Source: Betaproteobacteria bacterium
GTDB lineage: Bacteria; Pseudomonadota; Gammaproteobacteria; Burkholderiales; SG8-41
Direction: 5' to 3'
Length of the DNA: 50,565 nucleotides
NCBI GenBank assembly: GCA_052386775.1
Contig: JBQTJV010000041.1
Span: forward strand, 1-50,565
The number at the start of each line of letters is the position of its first letter. Position 1 is the first letter of the stretch. Made by a program: the position numbers and the translations under genes. This document shows positions 1-9,523 of this stretch, one piece after another. The notes under the pieces were generated by a model, which worked only from the letters and a program-made list of their open reading frames with translations, ran no database searches and was not told where the DNA came from.

Positions 1-96
1 ATACCGCAGATCCCCGGGCAGCGCCGGCAGGATGCGGTCCGCGAAGGTAGCGCGGGCGATTTGCAGCAATTCGCCGGCCTCGGGCTTATTGGTCAT
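1..96 (-). CDS. Hypothetical protein, N-terminal part only (gene runs off the left edge). Resembles the small DUF6285-type proteins that follow APH-like kinase genes.
   Basis: Reverse-strand ATG at 96-94 reads MTNKPEAGELLQIARATFADRILPALPGDLRY with no stop down to position 1. The start overlaps the stop of the upstream phosphotransferase gene by 11 nt. The family call comes from remembered N-termini, not from a search. Confidence 0.5.
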   Translation of the reverse strand, partial: MTNKPEAGELLQIARATFADRILPALPGDLRY

Positions 97-1132
97 GTGC
101 GCTTGTGAGGGTGAGGATTTCGCGTTCCAGGTCGCTCAGTATGTGCCCGGTGAGGGCCAGCTCCAAAGAAGGTTCCGTTCCGGACAGATGGCGCTGGGCC
201 TGCTGCAGTGCGATCACCGCCCAGCGCAAGTGTGCCATCACCTGCCAGTAGCGCAGATCGTACCCCGTCACCCGGCGCCCTGACAGGCGTTCGTATTCGG
301 GCAGGAAATCCTCGATGGGCGCGATGCCGCCGACCGCGAGATCCGGCCGGGCAAAGCGCCAGCACCGCGCACACAGCCAGCCCACGTCCTCGAGCGGATT
401 GCCGAACGCGGAGAATTCCCAGTCGAGCAGTCCTGCCAATGCGCCGTCATGGACCAGGTAGTTTCCCGTGCGGTAATCGCGGTGGATGAACGTGGTCTCT
501 TCGGTCGCAGGGGCGTGGACTTCGCACCATCGCAAGCCCCACTCGAGGACGGGATGGGCGTCCGGATGGCCGTCGAGATAGCTGCGGTAGTGGGCGATAT
601 TGTCGCGCGCATGCGTGGTACGGAGAAAGGCCAGCGTTGAATGGGCAGGCGTGATGCGATGCAGCCGCGCCAGATTGGCGGCCAGCTCGCGCGCGAGGTG
701 CGCCGGGTCGGGAACCAGCGACCGGTCGCGCGTGACGCGATGGCCGGCCGCGACCCCTGGCAGGCGCTCCATGATGAAAAAACACCGGCCGATGACGGCA
801 ACCTCCTCGCAGAGATAAAGCGGCCTCGGCGCGCGCACCTGCGCCTCCTGGATTGCCCGCAGCACCGCGAACTCCTGCGCCCGGGTGAGGCTCTCCCGCA
901 CGGCGGCGGGCGCATCGGTCCGTAACACCCACTGATGCGCCTGGCCGTCTATCTCGACATCGAGCGCCCGGTTTTCCTGTACCGCGCCACCGCTCATGCG
1001 TTCGAAGCGGGTGATGCGCACCTTACTCTTGCCGGCGGCGCGGCCGATGAAGGCGCCCAGACGTTCGCAAATTACCGGCTCATCGAGCTGCACGCGGCTG
1101 CCTGTCTCGGTTCGGTTCACTCTACGAAACAT
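86..1132 (-). CDS. Phosphotransferase (aminoglycoside phosphotransferase/APH-like kinase) family protein
   Basis: C-terminal 348 aa of the 915-aa track ORF. APH-fold motifs are present: FIHRDYRTGNYLV (catalytic loop) and LLDWEF (DxD-type metal site). The N-terminus has RFERMSGGAVQEN, the nucleotide-loop region. ATG at 1132 is the first start downstream of the antisense overlap with the ligase gene. Confidence 0.8.
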   Translation of the reverse strand: MFRRVNRTETGSRVQLDEPVICERLGAFIGRAAGKSKVRITRFERMSGGAVQENRALDVEIDGQAHQWVLRTDAPAAVRESLTRAQEFAVLRAIQEAQVRAPRPLYLCEEVAVIGRCFFIMERLPGVAAGHRVTRDRSLVPDPAHLARELAANLARLHRITPAHSTLAFLRTTHARDNIAHYRSYLDGHPDAHPVLEWGLRWCEVHAPATEETTFIHRDYRTGNYLVHDGALAGLLDWEFSAFGNPLEDVGWLCARCWRFARPDLAVGGIAPIEDFLPEYERLSGRRVTGYDLRYWQVMAHLRWAVIALQQAQRHLSGTEPSLELALTGHILSDLEREILTLTSAHDQ

Positions 1133-1153
1133 GATACGCTTCGCACCTGCGAC

Positions 1154-2791
1154 ATGAAGACCCCGCTCGAAATACTCCGGCTCTATCCCTCGCACGACTA
1201 TACGCTGCACGGCGCCTTTTCCAGTCGCGCGCAGCGCGACCCGCAGCGCACGTTCATGCTGTGCGACGGAAAAACGTGGAGCTGGGAAGCGTTCGACCGC
1301 GCGGTAGCGCAGGCGTCCCGTGTCCTCCTCGCCCGCGGCATCGGGAAAGCGGATCGCGTGGGCGTCATCGGCACGAACAGCGATGGACACATCGTCTTGC
1401 TGTTCGCGCTCGCCCGCATCGGCGCAATCATGGTGCCCGTGAATCCGGAGTTCGGCGTGCAGGAAGCGCGCTATGTCCTGCACCACGCCGAAGTGAGCGC
1501 GGTCGCGGCGAGCGGGAAGGCATTCGAAACGGCACGGCAGGCTTGCGCGGGGTTGAAGCGCCCGCCCTGGTTCGTGCTTCTCGATGGCGAGCGCCGTGAG
1601 GTGCCGCGCCTTCACGACCTGATGCGGGATGCGCCCGCCGTGGCGCTGCCTGCCGATGTGAGCCCGGATTCGACCTGCCTCATCGTCTACACCTCCGGCA
1701 CCACCGGTTTTCCCAAGGGCGCCATGCACAGCCAGCGCAGCTTCGTCACCGGCGGGGAGGCATTTGTCCAGCGCGTGCACCTGCAGGACGACGACCGCTT
1801 GATGATCGTACTGCCGCTTTTTCACATCAACGCGCTGTTCTATTCCGTCGCAGGCACGCTGGCGGCGGGCGCGAGCATGGTGATCGTACCGCGTTTTTCC
1901 GCTTCCACGTTCTGGCAGACCGCGGCGGAGAGCGGCGCCACCGAGGTCAATATCATCGAAGCGATCGGCACCATACTGAAGAATCGGCCGCGCAGCGAGT
2001 TTTGTCCGGAGCATCGCATCCGGAAGGCATATGGGGTTCGTGAAAGCGTGGCCGGGACGTTTCGCAACGAATTTCACATTCCGCATCTTATCGGCGGCTA
2101 TGGCATGACGGAAATTCCCGGCGTAACGTGCAATCCGTTCGAAGGTCCGCAGAAGCCGGGGAGCATGGGACCGGTGGGGCGTCATCCCGATCCCGCGCGG
2201 GCCTGGGCCGAATGCCGCGTCGTCGATGAAGCGGGACATGACGTCGCGGCGGGCGAGGCCGGCGAGCTGATCGTCAAGACGCCCATCATCATGCAGGGCT
2301 ATTTCCGGGACCCGGAACAGACGCGGGCTGCTTTTCGCGATGGTTGGTTTTTGACTGGCGATCTGGTGCGGCGCGACGCGGACGGCTATTTCTATTTCGT
2401 CTCGCGCAAGAAGGACATCATCCGCCGCCGCGGGGAAAACATCGCGGGTGCAGAACTGGATCGCGTGGTCGGCGCCCATCCCGCCGTGCACGAGGCGGCG
2501 GCGATCGCGGTGCCGTCGGAACTTGGCGAAGACGAAATTCTCGTCGCGGTCGTGCCGAAGAGCGGGCACCGCATCAGCGCGGAGGAGATCGCGCAGTGGT
2601 GCCGTGAGCGGCTTGCGGCGATGAAGGTGCCGCGTTTCGTCGCGGTGGTGGAGGCGCTGCCGCACACGCCGACGCACAAAGTGGCCAAGGCGCTCATGCG
2701 CAGCGATGCGACCCTGAAGGCGCGGGCGGTGGACCTCGCCGTGGCGGCGCCATCGCGTGAGATCAGGGAGGAGGCGCATCATCGAACGTAA
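1154..2791 (+). CDS. AMP-dependent synthetase/ligase (acyl-CoA ligase family)
   Basis: AMP-binding motif IVYTSGTTGFPKGAMHS, then GYGMTE, then GDLVRRDADGYFYFVSRKKDIIRRRGENI. ATG at 1154 (MKTPLEIL) is in frame with track ORF 935..2791. The upstream part of that ORF overlaps the APH gene. Confidence 0.88.
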   Translation: MKTPLEILRLYPSHDYTLHGAFSSRAQRDPQRTFMLCDGKTWSWEAFDRAVAQASRVLLARGIGKADRVGVIGTNSDGHIVLLFALARIGAIMVPVNPEFGVQEARYVLHHAEVSAVAASGKAFETARQACAGLKRPPWFVLLDGERREVPRLHDLMRDAPAVALPADVSPDSTCLIVYTSGTTGFPKGAMHSQRSFVTGGEAFVQRVHLQDDDRLMIVLPLFHINALFYSVAGTLAAGASMVIVPRFSASTFWQTAAESGATEVNIIEAIGTILKNRPRSEFCPEHRIRKAYGVRESVAGTFRNEFHIPHLIGGYGMTEIPGVTCNPFEGPQKPGSMGPVGRHPDPARAWAECRVVDEAGHDVAAGEAGELIVKTPIIMQGYFRDPEQTRAAFRDGWFLTGDLVRRDADGYFYFVSRKKDIIRRRGENIAGAELDRVVGAHPAVHEAAAIAVPSELGEDEILVAVVPKSGHRISAEEIAQWCRERLAAMKVPRFVAVVEALPHTPTHKVAKALMRSDATLKARAVDLAVAAPSREIREEAHHRT

Positions 2792-3863
2792 GGCATTGGG
2801 GCTCGGCATCGTCGGGTCGGGGCGTATCGGCACGCTGCGCGCACGGCTCGCCAGCCAGCATCCGGCGGTGCACTATCTTGCCGTATCGGATCGCGACGCG
2901 GGAAAGGCGCGCGATCTCGCGGACAAAGTCGGCGCGCAGTTTCATTCGGGCGATAATCGCGAGGTCATTTCGCGCCCGGAGGTGAATGCCGTCATCGTCT
3001 CCACGAGTGAAGGCGAGCACATGGACGCGGTACTCCAGGCGGTCGCGCTCGGCAAACCGGTGCTGGTGGAAAAGCCGATCGCGCTCACGCTCGCCGATGC
3101 TGACGCCATGGTCGCGGCCATCGACACATCGAACGCCAACGTGCGCGTGGGTTACAGCCGGCGTTACAAGGAACGCTATCTCATCGCCAAGGAACAGATC
3201 ATCCAGGGGCGGCTCGGCAAGGTGGTGGGCGCGGCCGCCCGCGTCTACAACTCGCGCTCACAGGGCCTCGCGGTGCTCAAACGCGACCGGCATGCAACCC
3301 CGGTCGTGGATGCGCTCACCTATTACGTCGATCTCATGAACTGGCTGCTCGGGGGAACGCCGATCGCCGAGATCTATGCGCGCGGGCAGAAAGGCGTGCT
3401 CCAGGCTGCGGGATTCGAAGCGGACGATATCAACTGGGCGATCTTCACTTATGCGGACGGCACGGTCGTCAATCTCGGCATCAGCTATGCGCTGCCGGAA
3501 AAATATCCGGCGCTCGGCCACGCGGCGCGCGTGGAACTGCTCGGCACCGAGGGCGTGATGATCCTCGATGACGATCACACCGACCAGCTCATGTACACCG
3601 AAAAAGGCATACCGCACGTCTACCTGCCCGATCACACGGTGAACATGGTGTTCCTGCAGAGCGGCACGCCGGGCGACTGGGCGCTCGGTGAGCTGTGGGG
3701 CCCGATCGCGAATGAGACGCGGGCGTGGCTCGATCATCTCGCCATCGGGAAGCCGTGCGTGCTGGCGACGCCGCGCGAGGCGCGCGCGAATCTGGAAGCT
3801 ACGCTCGCGATCGCACATTCGCTCGCCAGCGGCCGGCCGGTGACGCTGCCGTTGGCCGGATAG
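2757..3863 (+). CDS. Gfo/Idh/MocA family oxidoreductase
   Basis: N-terminal Rossmann motif LGIVGSGRIG and the VLVEKPIA motif typical of the family. The start is uncertain. GTG 2757 overlaps the ligase 3' end. TTG 2796 is an alternative. A GGGAGGAGG Shine-Dalgarno-like run lies at 2766-2774. Confidence 0.8.
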   Translation: MRSGRRRIIERKALGLGIVGSGRIGTLRARLASQHPAVHYLAVSDRDAGKARDLADKVGAQFHSGDNREVISRPEVNAVIVSTSEGEHMDAVLQAVALGKPVLVEKPIALTLADADAMVAAIDTSNANVRVGYSRRYKERYLIAKEQIIQGRLGKVVGAAARVYNSRSQGLAVLKRDRHATPVVDALTYYVDLMNWLLGGTPIAEIYARGQKGVLQAAGFEADDINWAIFTYADGTVVNLGISYALPEKYPALGHAARVELLGTEGVMILDDDHTDQLMYTEKGIPHVYLPDHTVNMVFLQSGTPGDWALGELWGPIANETRAWLDHLAIGKPCVLATPREARANLEATLAIAHSLASGRPVTLPLAG

Positions 3864-3897
3864 GCACGTAAAACCATCTGATGCGAAGGAGGAGGCG

Positions 3898-4881
3898 GTG
3901 AGAAAAATACTGCAGGGGATGTTGGCAGCGGTCGCGATAGTGGGCATGGGAAGCGAAGTGCACGCCCAGGATAAGGGCAGCCCGAAAGATTATCCGACGC
4001 GGCCGGTGCGGCTGCTGGTGCCGTACGCGGCGGCCGGACCCACCGATCTCATGGCGCGACTGGTGGGTCAGAAGCTCACCGAGCGCCTGGGGCAGAACGT
4101 CGTCATCGACAACCGTGCCGGCGCGAGCGGCAATATCGGCACGGCGCTCGTGATGCGCTCCAATCCCGACGGCTACTCGCTGCTCGTGCACAGCAGCGCT
4201 TACGTCGTGAATCCGAGCCTTTATCGAAGCGCCGGCTACGACGCCGTCAAGAGCTTTGCGCCGATCATCAATGCCGGCGCGAGCCCCAACATGCTCTACG
4301 TGCATCCGTCGTTTACGGTGCGCACCCTGAAGGAGCTGATCGCGGCAGGGAAGGCCAAGTCCCTGAGCTATGCGTCGCCCGGAATCGGCACCACGCCGCA
4401 TCTGACGGTCGAACTGCTGCTCAAGACCATGAACAAGCTCGACCTCACGCACGTGCCCTATAACGGCGCCGCCCCGGCGTTGAGCGCGGTACTGGGCGGT
4501 CAACTGCAGCTCGGTTGCGGGGCCTTGCCGCCCCTCGTCGCGCCGGTCAAGGCAGGCAAGCTGCGCGGTATTGCAGTGACGAGCCTGAAGCGCGCGGAGA
4601 CGCTCCCCGAGGTGCCGACTGTGGTGGAGTCCGGTTTTCCCGGCTACGAGGACTACACCTGGATCGGCTTCTTCGCGCCGGCCGGCACCCCGCGCACCAT
4701 CGTGGACAAGCTGAACAAGGAGATAGACGGCATACTCAAGCTGCCCGATGTGAAGGAGCGGCTCGCCGTGCTGGCTTTCGAGTACACGCCGAACACGCCG
4801 CAGCAGTTTGCCGAGTACGTCAGGAAAGAAGTCGCGAAGTGGGGCCAGGTGGTGAAGGATTCCGGCGCGCGCGCTGACTGA
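3898..4881 (+). CDS. Bug family (TctC-like) tripartite tricarboxylate transporter substrate-binding protein
   Basis: Signal peptide, then the family signature YPTRPVRLLVPYAAAGPTD...VVIDNRAGASGNIG...PDGYSLLV...HVPYNG. GTG start is preceded by AAGGAGGAGG. Confidence 0.9.
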   Translation: MRKILQGMLAAVAIVGMGSEVHAQDKGSPKDYPTRPVRLLVPYAAAGPTDLMARLVGQKLTERLGQNVVIDNRAGASGNIGTALVMRSNPDGYSLLVHSSAYVVNPSLYRSAGYDAVKSFAPIINAGASPNMLYVHPSFTVRTLKELIAAGKAKSLSYASPGIGTTPHLTVELLLKTMNKLDLTHVPYNGAAPALSAVLGGQLQLGCGALPPLVAPVKAGKLRGIAVTSLKRAETLPEVPTVVESGFPGYEDYTWIGFFAPAGTPRTIVDKLNKEIDGILKLPDVKERLAVLAFEYTPNTPQQFAEYVRKEVAKWGQVVKDSGARAD

Positions 4882-4907
4882 AATTTATAAAAACGAGGAG
4901 GTGCAGG

Positions 4908-5891
4908 ATGAAAACCCGATATGCGGGCGCGGCTCTCGTGCCGACATTCTGGCTGATCATGACTGCGGTTTCTTGTGCTCATGCGCAGTCCGGCGATTTT
5001 CCCAGCCGGCCGATCCGGATTCTGATCGGCTCCGCGCCCGGCGGCGGACTCGATCAGACCGCGCGCGTCATCTCGGACCGTTTCTCCAGCGCGCTGGGCC
5101 AGCCTATCGTCATCGACAACCGCCCCGGCGCGGCGGGAACGCTGGCCGCACAGATGCTGAAGAATTCGACGCCGGACGGGTATACGCTGAACCTCGGCGC
5201 CATCGGCAATCTCGCGGTCAACTACAGTCTTTACAAGAATATCGGCTATCACCCGCTGAAAGACCTCGCGCCGGTGACGGCGATGGTGGACGCCGCCAAC
5301 GTCGTGGTGGTGCATCCGGGCGTCGCAGCGACGTCGATCAAGGAGCTCATCGCGCTTGCAACCAGGCAGCCCGGGATGACGTACGGCTCGTCCGGCGCGG
5401 GCAACGCGGGCCATCTTGCCGGAGAACTCTTCAAACGCATGGCGAAGGTCGATCTGACCCACGTTGCCTACAAAGGCGGCGGGCCCGCCATGATCGACCT
5501 GGTCGGCGGCCGGATCCACATGATCTTCGCGTCGCCGTCCTCTTCCATCCCGCACATCAAGTCGGGGAGAATCCGTGGGCTCGCCGTCACGACGCTCAAA
5601 CGCTCCACCATCATTCCCGAGCTGCCGACCGTGGCCGAGTCGGGGATACCCGGTTACGAAGTGAACAACTGGTACGCGATGGTGGCGCCCGCGAAGACGC
5701 CGAAGGCCGTGATCGCCCGGCTCAACCGCGAGCTCACGTCGATACTGAACGATGCCGAAATCAGGCGCCGGCTGGTGGCCCACGGTGTCGAGGCCGCCCC
5801 GTCCACCCCGGAGGCGCTCGGCAAGTACATGAAGTCCGAATTCGAGAAGTGGGGCAAGCTCATCGCCGAGGCGGGAATTACCGCCAAGTAA
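4908..5891 (+). CDS. Bug family (TctC-like) substrate-binding protein
   Basis: Signal peptide ending AHAQS, then FPSRPIRILIGSAPGGGLD, IDNRPGAAG, PDGYTLNL, HVAYKGG. ATG is preceded by GAGGAGG. Confidence 0.9.
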   Translation: MKTRYAGAALVPTFWLIMTAVSCAHAQSGDFPSRPIRILIGSAPGGGLDQTARVISDRFSSALGQPIVIDNRPGAAGTLAAQMLKNSTPDGYTLNLGAIGNLAVNYSLYKNIGYHPLKDLAPVTAMVDAANVVVVHPGVAATSIKELIALATRQPGMTYGSSGAGNAGHLAGELFKRMAKVDLTHVAYKGGGPAMIDLVGGRIHMIFASPSSSIPHIKSGRIRGLAVTTLKRSTIIPELPTVAESGIPGYEVNNWYAMVAPAKTPKAVIARLNRELTSILNDAEIRRRLVAHGVEAAPSTPEALGKYMKSEFEKWGKLIAEAGITAK

Positions 5892-5939
5892 GCTATCATT
5901 CCTACCCTTTCGACAACCCCAACAAGAGGACGCACTCGC

Positions 5940-6944
5940 ATGGCACGCGCACCGAAGACCATTGACACCCGCGAAAAGAAAAACCGCAAGCTGACGCGCA
6001 AGGATGTGCGCAAGGCCGCCGAGCGCTGCAAGAACTGGGGGCGTTTCGGCAAGGATGACGAGATCGGCACGCTCAATTTCACGACCGCCGAAGACATCGT
6101 CGCCGCGGCACAGCTCGTGCGCAAAGGGAAGGTCATTTCGCTGGCGCTCAATTACGACCAGCACGGCCCGCAGGGCGCCAAGAGCAAGTATCCCGCGCTC
6201 GGGCGCTTCAACCCGATCCACCTCATGACGCGCACCGGCACCGACGCTTACTCGGGCGTGCTGGATCATCGCAACATCCGCGGCACCGACGACATCATCA
6301 TCATGCCGCTGCAGTGCGGGACGCAGTGGGATGGCCTCGGGCACATCATGTACGACGACACCATGTGGAACGGCTACGACTGCCGCAACGTGACGAGCGC
6401 CGGCGCACAGAAAGGCGGCATCGAAAAGACCAGGGAGAAAATGGTCGGGCGCGGCGTGCTGCTCGATGTTGCGCGCGCGATGGGCAAGAAGTGGCTGCCG
6501 GACGGATTTGCGATCACCAGCGAAATCCTCGATTTCACGGAAGAGAAGCAGGGTGTAAAAGTGAAGCGCGGCGATTACCTGCTGGTTCACACCGGCCACG
6601 TGGAGCGTTGCTTGACCAGCAAGAGCTGGGACGGCTACTCGGGCGGGGATGCGCCGGGTTTTGCGTTCGAAACGGTGGATTGGCTGCACCAGAAAGAAAT
6701 CGCGGGTGTTGCCACCGACACCTGGGGTGCCGAAGTCCGCCCGAACGAGACCGAGGACACCAACCAGCCGTGGCACTGGATCACGATTCCGATCATGGGG
6801 CTGACGGTCGGCGAAATCTTTTATCTGACCGAGCTGGCGAAGGATTGTGCCAAGGACAAACGGTATGAGTTCCTGTTCGTGGCGCCGGCGCTGCCGATCA
6901 CCGGCGCGGTGGGTTCGCCGGTGAATCCGCTCGCGATCAAGTAA
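5940..6944 (+). CDS. Cyclase family protein (putative cyclase / arylformamidase-like fold)
   Basis: N-terminal NWGRFGKDDEIGTLNF and the central QCGTQWDGLGH motif are typical of the ~330-aa cyclase family proteins. ATG is preceded by AAGAGGA. Confidence 0.75.
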   Translation: MARAPKTIDTREKKNRKLTRKDVRKAAERCKNWGRFGKDDEIGTLNFTTAEDIVAAAQLVRKGKVISLALNYDQHGPQGAKSKYPALGRFNPIHLMTRTGTDAYSGVLDHRNIRGTDDIIIMPLQCGTQWDGLGHIMYDDTMWNGYDCRNVTSAGAQKGGIEKTREKMVGRGVLLDVARAMGKKWLPDGFAITSEILDFTEEKQGVKVKRGDYLLVHTGHVERCLTSKSWDGYSGGDAPGFAFETVDWLHQKEIAGVATDTWGAEVRPNETEDTNQPWHWITIPIMGLTVGEIFYLTELAKDCAKDKRYEFLFVAPALPITGAVGSPVNPLAIK

Positions 6945-6964
6945 GACTGCCGCAGCAGCCCGAA

Positions 6965-7130
6965 GAAAGGCTTCGACGCCGAGGACGCCGAGGACGCAAA
7001 GGAAAAACAAAAAAGTGAAGCAGAGATCCAACCCTCTTCCCATGCAAGCACGGTTCGCGCCGTTTCCCGTTTTTGTCGGCAATCCACTTTGCGTCCTTGG
7101 CGTCCTCTGCGTCCTTTGCGTCATCGCTTT
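6965..7130. repeat. MITE-like palindromic element, copy 1 (~166 bp). Its inverted arms are built from 9-bp GAGGACGCN units.
   Basis: Left arm 6975-7003 (gacgccgag gacgccgag gacgcaaag ga) is complementary to right arm 7094-7122 at 25 of 29 positions. The left end matches the copy at 28638-28675 at 30/38. The right end matches 28767-28793 at 25/27. It covers the start region of the Bug gene at 7015. Confidence 0.7.
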
Positions 7131-8052
7131 AGCATCCGCTAAAGCGGCCGCGCAGCAGTATCCGGCGAAGCCGGTGCGGTTCGTGGTGCCGTATCCGCCG
7201 GGGGGGCCGCTCGACGAGATTGCGCGTGCGGTGGGGCAGCGCCTGACGACATCCTGGAGTCAGCAGGTGCTGGTGGACAATCGCAGCGGCGCGGGCGGCA
7301 GCATCGGCGCCGACCACGTCGCGAAGACCGCGCCGGACGGCTACACCATGCTCCTCGGCAATTCGGGGCCCATCACCGTCAACCCCAATCTGCGGCGCGA
7401 CCTGCCGTATGACCCGCAGCGCGATCTGGCGCCGGTCACGCAGATCATCGCCGCGCCGATGGTGCTGGTGGTGCATCCGTCGCTGCCGGTCAAATCGGTG
7501 CGCGATCTGGTGCGCCTCGCCAAGTCGAAACCCGGGCAGCTCAATTATGCCTCCGCGGGCATCGGCAACCTGCAGCACCTCGCCATGGAATCGCTGCAAT
7601 CGATGGCCGGTGTCAGGATGAACCACGTTCCGTACAAAGGTGCGGCACCGGCGTTCATCGACCTCCTGAGCGGGCAGGTGCAGCTCATGTTCGCGAACAT
7701 CGTGGGTGTGCTGCCGCACGTCGATGCCGGCAAGGTGCGCGCTATTGCCGTTTCCAATGCGAAGGGCGCGCCGGTGTTGCCCAACACGCCAAGCGTCGCG
7801 GCGACGCTGCCGGAATTCGATCTCGACGGCTGGATGGGCATCTTCGTGCGCGCCGGCACGCCGCCCGAGATCATTGCGAAGCTGCACAAGGATCTCGCGG
7901 CTGCAGTCAGCGGCGAGGACTTCAAGGAGCGTTTCGCCAAGCGCGGCGCGCAGGTCGCTGTCGGCGGTCCCGAGGGTCTCGCGAAGATCGTGCGCTACGA
8001 AACGGCGCTCTACGGAAAGATCATCCAGTCCGCCGGCATTCGTCCGCAATAA
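7015..8052 (+). CDS. Bug family (TctC-like) substrate-binding protein with its 5' end inside the repeat element
   Basis: Mature part has YPAKPVRFVVPYPPGGPLD, VDNRSGAGGSIG, PDGYTMLL, HVPYKGA. The start is GTG 7015 or ATG 7042, and both lie inside the element. There is no in-frame start between the right arm and the mature AQQYP, so the hydrophobic core LCVLGVLCVLCVIA is encoded by the repeat arm. Confidence 0.85.
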   Translation: MKQRSNPLPMQARFAPFPVFVGNPLCVLGVLCVLCVIALASAKAAAQQYPAKPVRFVVPYPPGGPLDEIARAVGQRLTTSWSQQVLVDNRSGAGGSIGADHVAKTAPDGYTMLLGNSGPITVNPNLRRDLPYDPQRDLAPVTQIIAAPMVLVVHPSLPVKSVRDLVRLAKSKPGQLNYASAGIGNLQHLAMESLQSMAGVRMNHVPYKGAAPAFIDLLSGQVQLMFANIVGVLPHVDAGKVRAIAVSNAKGAPVLPNTPSVAATLPEFDLDGWMGIFVRAGTPPEIIAKLHKDLAAAVSGEDFKERFAKRGAQVAVGGPEGLAKIVRYETALYGKIIQSAGIRPQ

Positions 8053-8086
8053 CCACCGGGACAGAACCGAGCGCGCTGTCCCGCAA

Positions 8087-9475
8087 TTGAAAGCGACGCA
8101 CTTGGCACGGAAAGCGGCCGCCGACATCTCGCCCGTCATGCGCAAGCTGAGCGGCTATATCGCTCAGGCGGCGCGACGACCGGTGCCCGCGGCCGTCATG
8201 GAAAAGGCGAAGCATCATCTGCTCGACACGCTTTCCGCGATGGTGTCGGGTGCGCCGCTGCTGCCGGGGCGCCGCGCCATCGAATACGTACGCGCGCAGG
8301 GCGGCACGCCGGAAGCCTGTGTCGCGGGCAGCCGCATCGTCACCTCCGCAGTCAACGCAGCGCTTGCCAACGGCATGCTGGCGCACGCCGATGAGACCGA
8401 CGACGCCTATTACCTCGCGCTGGTGCATCCCGGCTGCGCCGTGGTGCCGGCCGCGCTGGCCATGGGCGAACGCGAGCGCTGCAATGGAACGGCGCTGCTG
8501 CGCGCCGTCGTTGCCGGCTACGACGTCTGCGCGCGCATTTCCAAGGCGCTGGGGATCGAAAAATTTCGCAGCGCCGGTTACTCCACGCACAGCTATGGCG
8601 GCGCGTTCGGTGCCGCTGCCGCAGCCGGTGCGCTCGCCGGCATCGACGCCGACCAGGCGCGCTATCTCCTTTCCTACACCGCACAGCAGGCGTCCGGGCT
8701 TTCGTGCTGGGCGCGGGACACCGAGCACATCGAAAAGGCGTTCGACTTCGGCGGCATGCCGGCCCGCAATGGCGTCACCGCCGCGGTGATGGTCGCAAGC
8801 GGTTTTAGCGGCGTCGAGGACGTCTTCTCGGGCGATCGCGGCTTCTTCCACGCGCATGAGCGATTTGCGGCCCCGGACTTGCTGGTGCGCGGACTGGGCA
8901 AACAATTCGACATCATGCAGACCGCGATCAAGCGCTGGGCGGTGGGCTACCCGATTCAGGCGCCGCTCGATGCGCTCTCGAATCTGATCGAGCGGCACGG
9001 CATCAAGGCGCCGGACGTCGAGGACGTCGTCGTGACGATAGACGAGCAGGGCGCGCGCACGGTCAACCAGCGCAAGATGGCAGACATCAACGTGCAGCAC
9101 CTCGCGGCGCTGATGCTGGTGGACGGGGAAATCACGTTCCACTCCTCGCACGACGCCTCGCGCCTGAAGGATCCGGCCGTTGCAGGCTTAAGTAAGCGTA
9201 TTGAGCTTGCGGGCAGCGCGGCGCTCTCGAGGGCAAGGACCACGCAGGCGATCGTCGACATCACCACCAGGGACGGCAAGCGCCATTCGTATCACACCAA
9301 AGCGGTGCGCGGCAGCGCGACCAACCCGATGTCGCGCGATGATGTCGAAACGAAGTGCCGCGACCTCCTGCGTCCGGTTCTCGGCGGGGCGCGCGCGGAA
9401 CGCCTGATCGCAACAGTATGGAATATCGAGCGGGTCGCGGATGTCCGGCAGCTTCGCCCGCTGCTCCGGGCCTAG
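8087..9475 (+). CDS. MmgE/PrpD family protein
   Basis: Motifs KHHLLDTLSAMVSGA and AHADETDDAYYLALVHPGCAVVPAAL are typical of the MmgE/PrpD family, and the size is right at ~460 aa. The start is uncertain (TTG 8087, TTG 8102 or ATG 8138). The longer track ORF from 7706 overlaps the preceding Bug gene. Confidence 0.8.
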   Translation: MKATHLARKAAADISPVMRKLSGYIAQAARRPVPAAVMEKAKHHLLDTLSAMVSGAPLLPGRRAIEYVRAQGGTPEACVAGSRIVTSAVNAALANGMLAHADETDDAYYLALVHPGCAVVPAALAMGERERCNGTALLRAVVAGYDVCARISKALGIEKFRSAGYSTHSYGGAFGAAAAAGALAGIDADQARYLLSYTAQQASGLSCWARDTEHIEKAFDFGGMPARNGVTAAVMVASGFSGVEDVFSGDRGFFHAHERFAAPDLLVRGLGKQFDIMQTAIKRWAVGYPIQAPLDALSNLIERHGIKAPDVEDVVVTIDEQGARTVNQRKMADINVQHLAALMLVDGEITFHSSHDASRLKDPAVAGLSKRIELAGSAALSRARTTQAIVDITTRDGKRHSYHTKAVRGSATNPMSRDDVETKCRDLLRPVLGGARAERLIATVWNIERVADVRQLRPLLRA

Positions 9476-9523
9476 GAATCGCCGCAATGCAGAAGGGCAT
9501 TGTTTACCCTCCACGCGTTCTCG

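Noticed and set aside
86-2833. 915-aa ORF on the minus strand, the longest in the track
   Set aside because: Only the C-terminal 348 aa (86-1132) show kinase-family motifs. The N-terminal 567 aa are Arg/His/Ala-rich with no recognisable motifs, and they run antisense to a well-supported acyl-CoA ligase gene. This is a high-GC shadow ORF.
4653-7124. 823-aa minus-strand ORF
   Set aside because: It is antisense to two Bug genes and the cyclase gene and is Arg/Gly/Ala-rich and low in complexity. Its N-terminus (MTQRTQRTPRTQ...) is just the translated repeat element.
7087-7130. Lipoprotein lipobox within the Leu-Cys-Val repeats of the element-encoded signal peptide
   Set aside because: None of the cysteines is preceded by an L-(A/S)-(G/A) context. 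An AxA-type signal peptidase I site (ASAKAAAQQ) follows instead.
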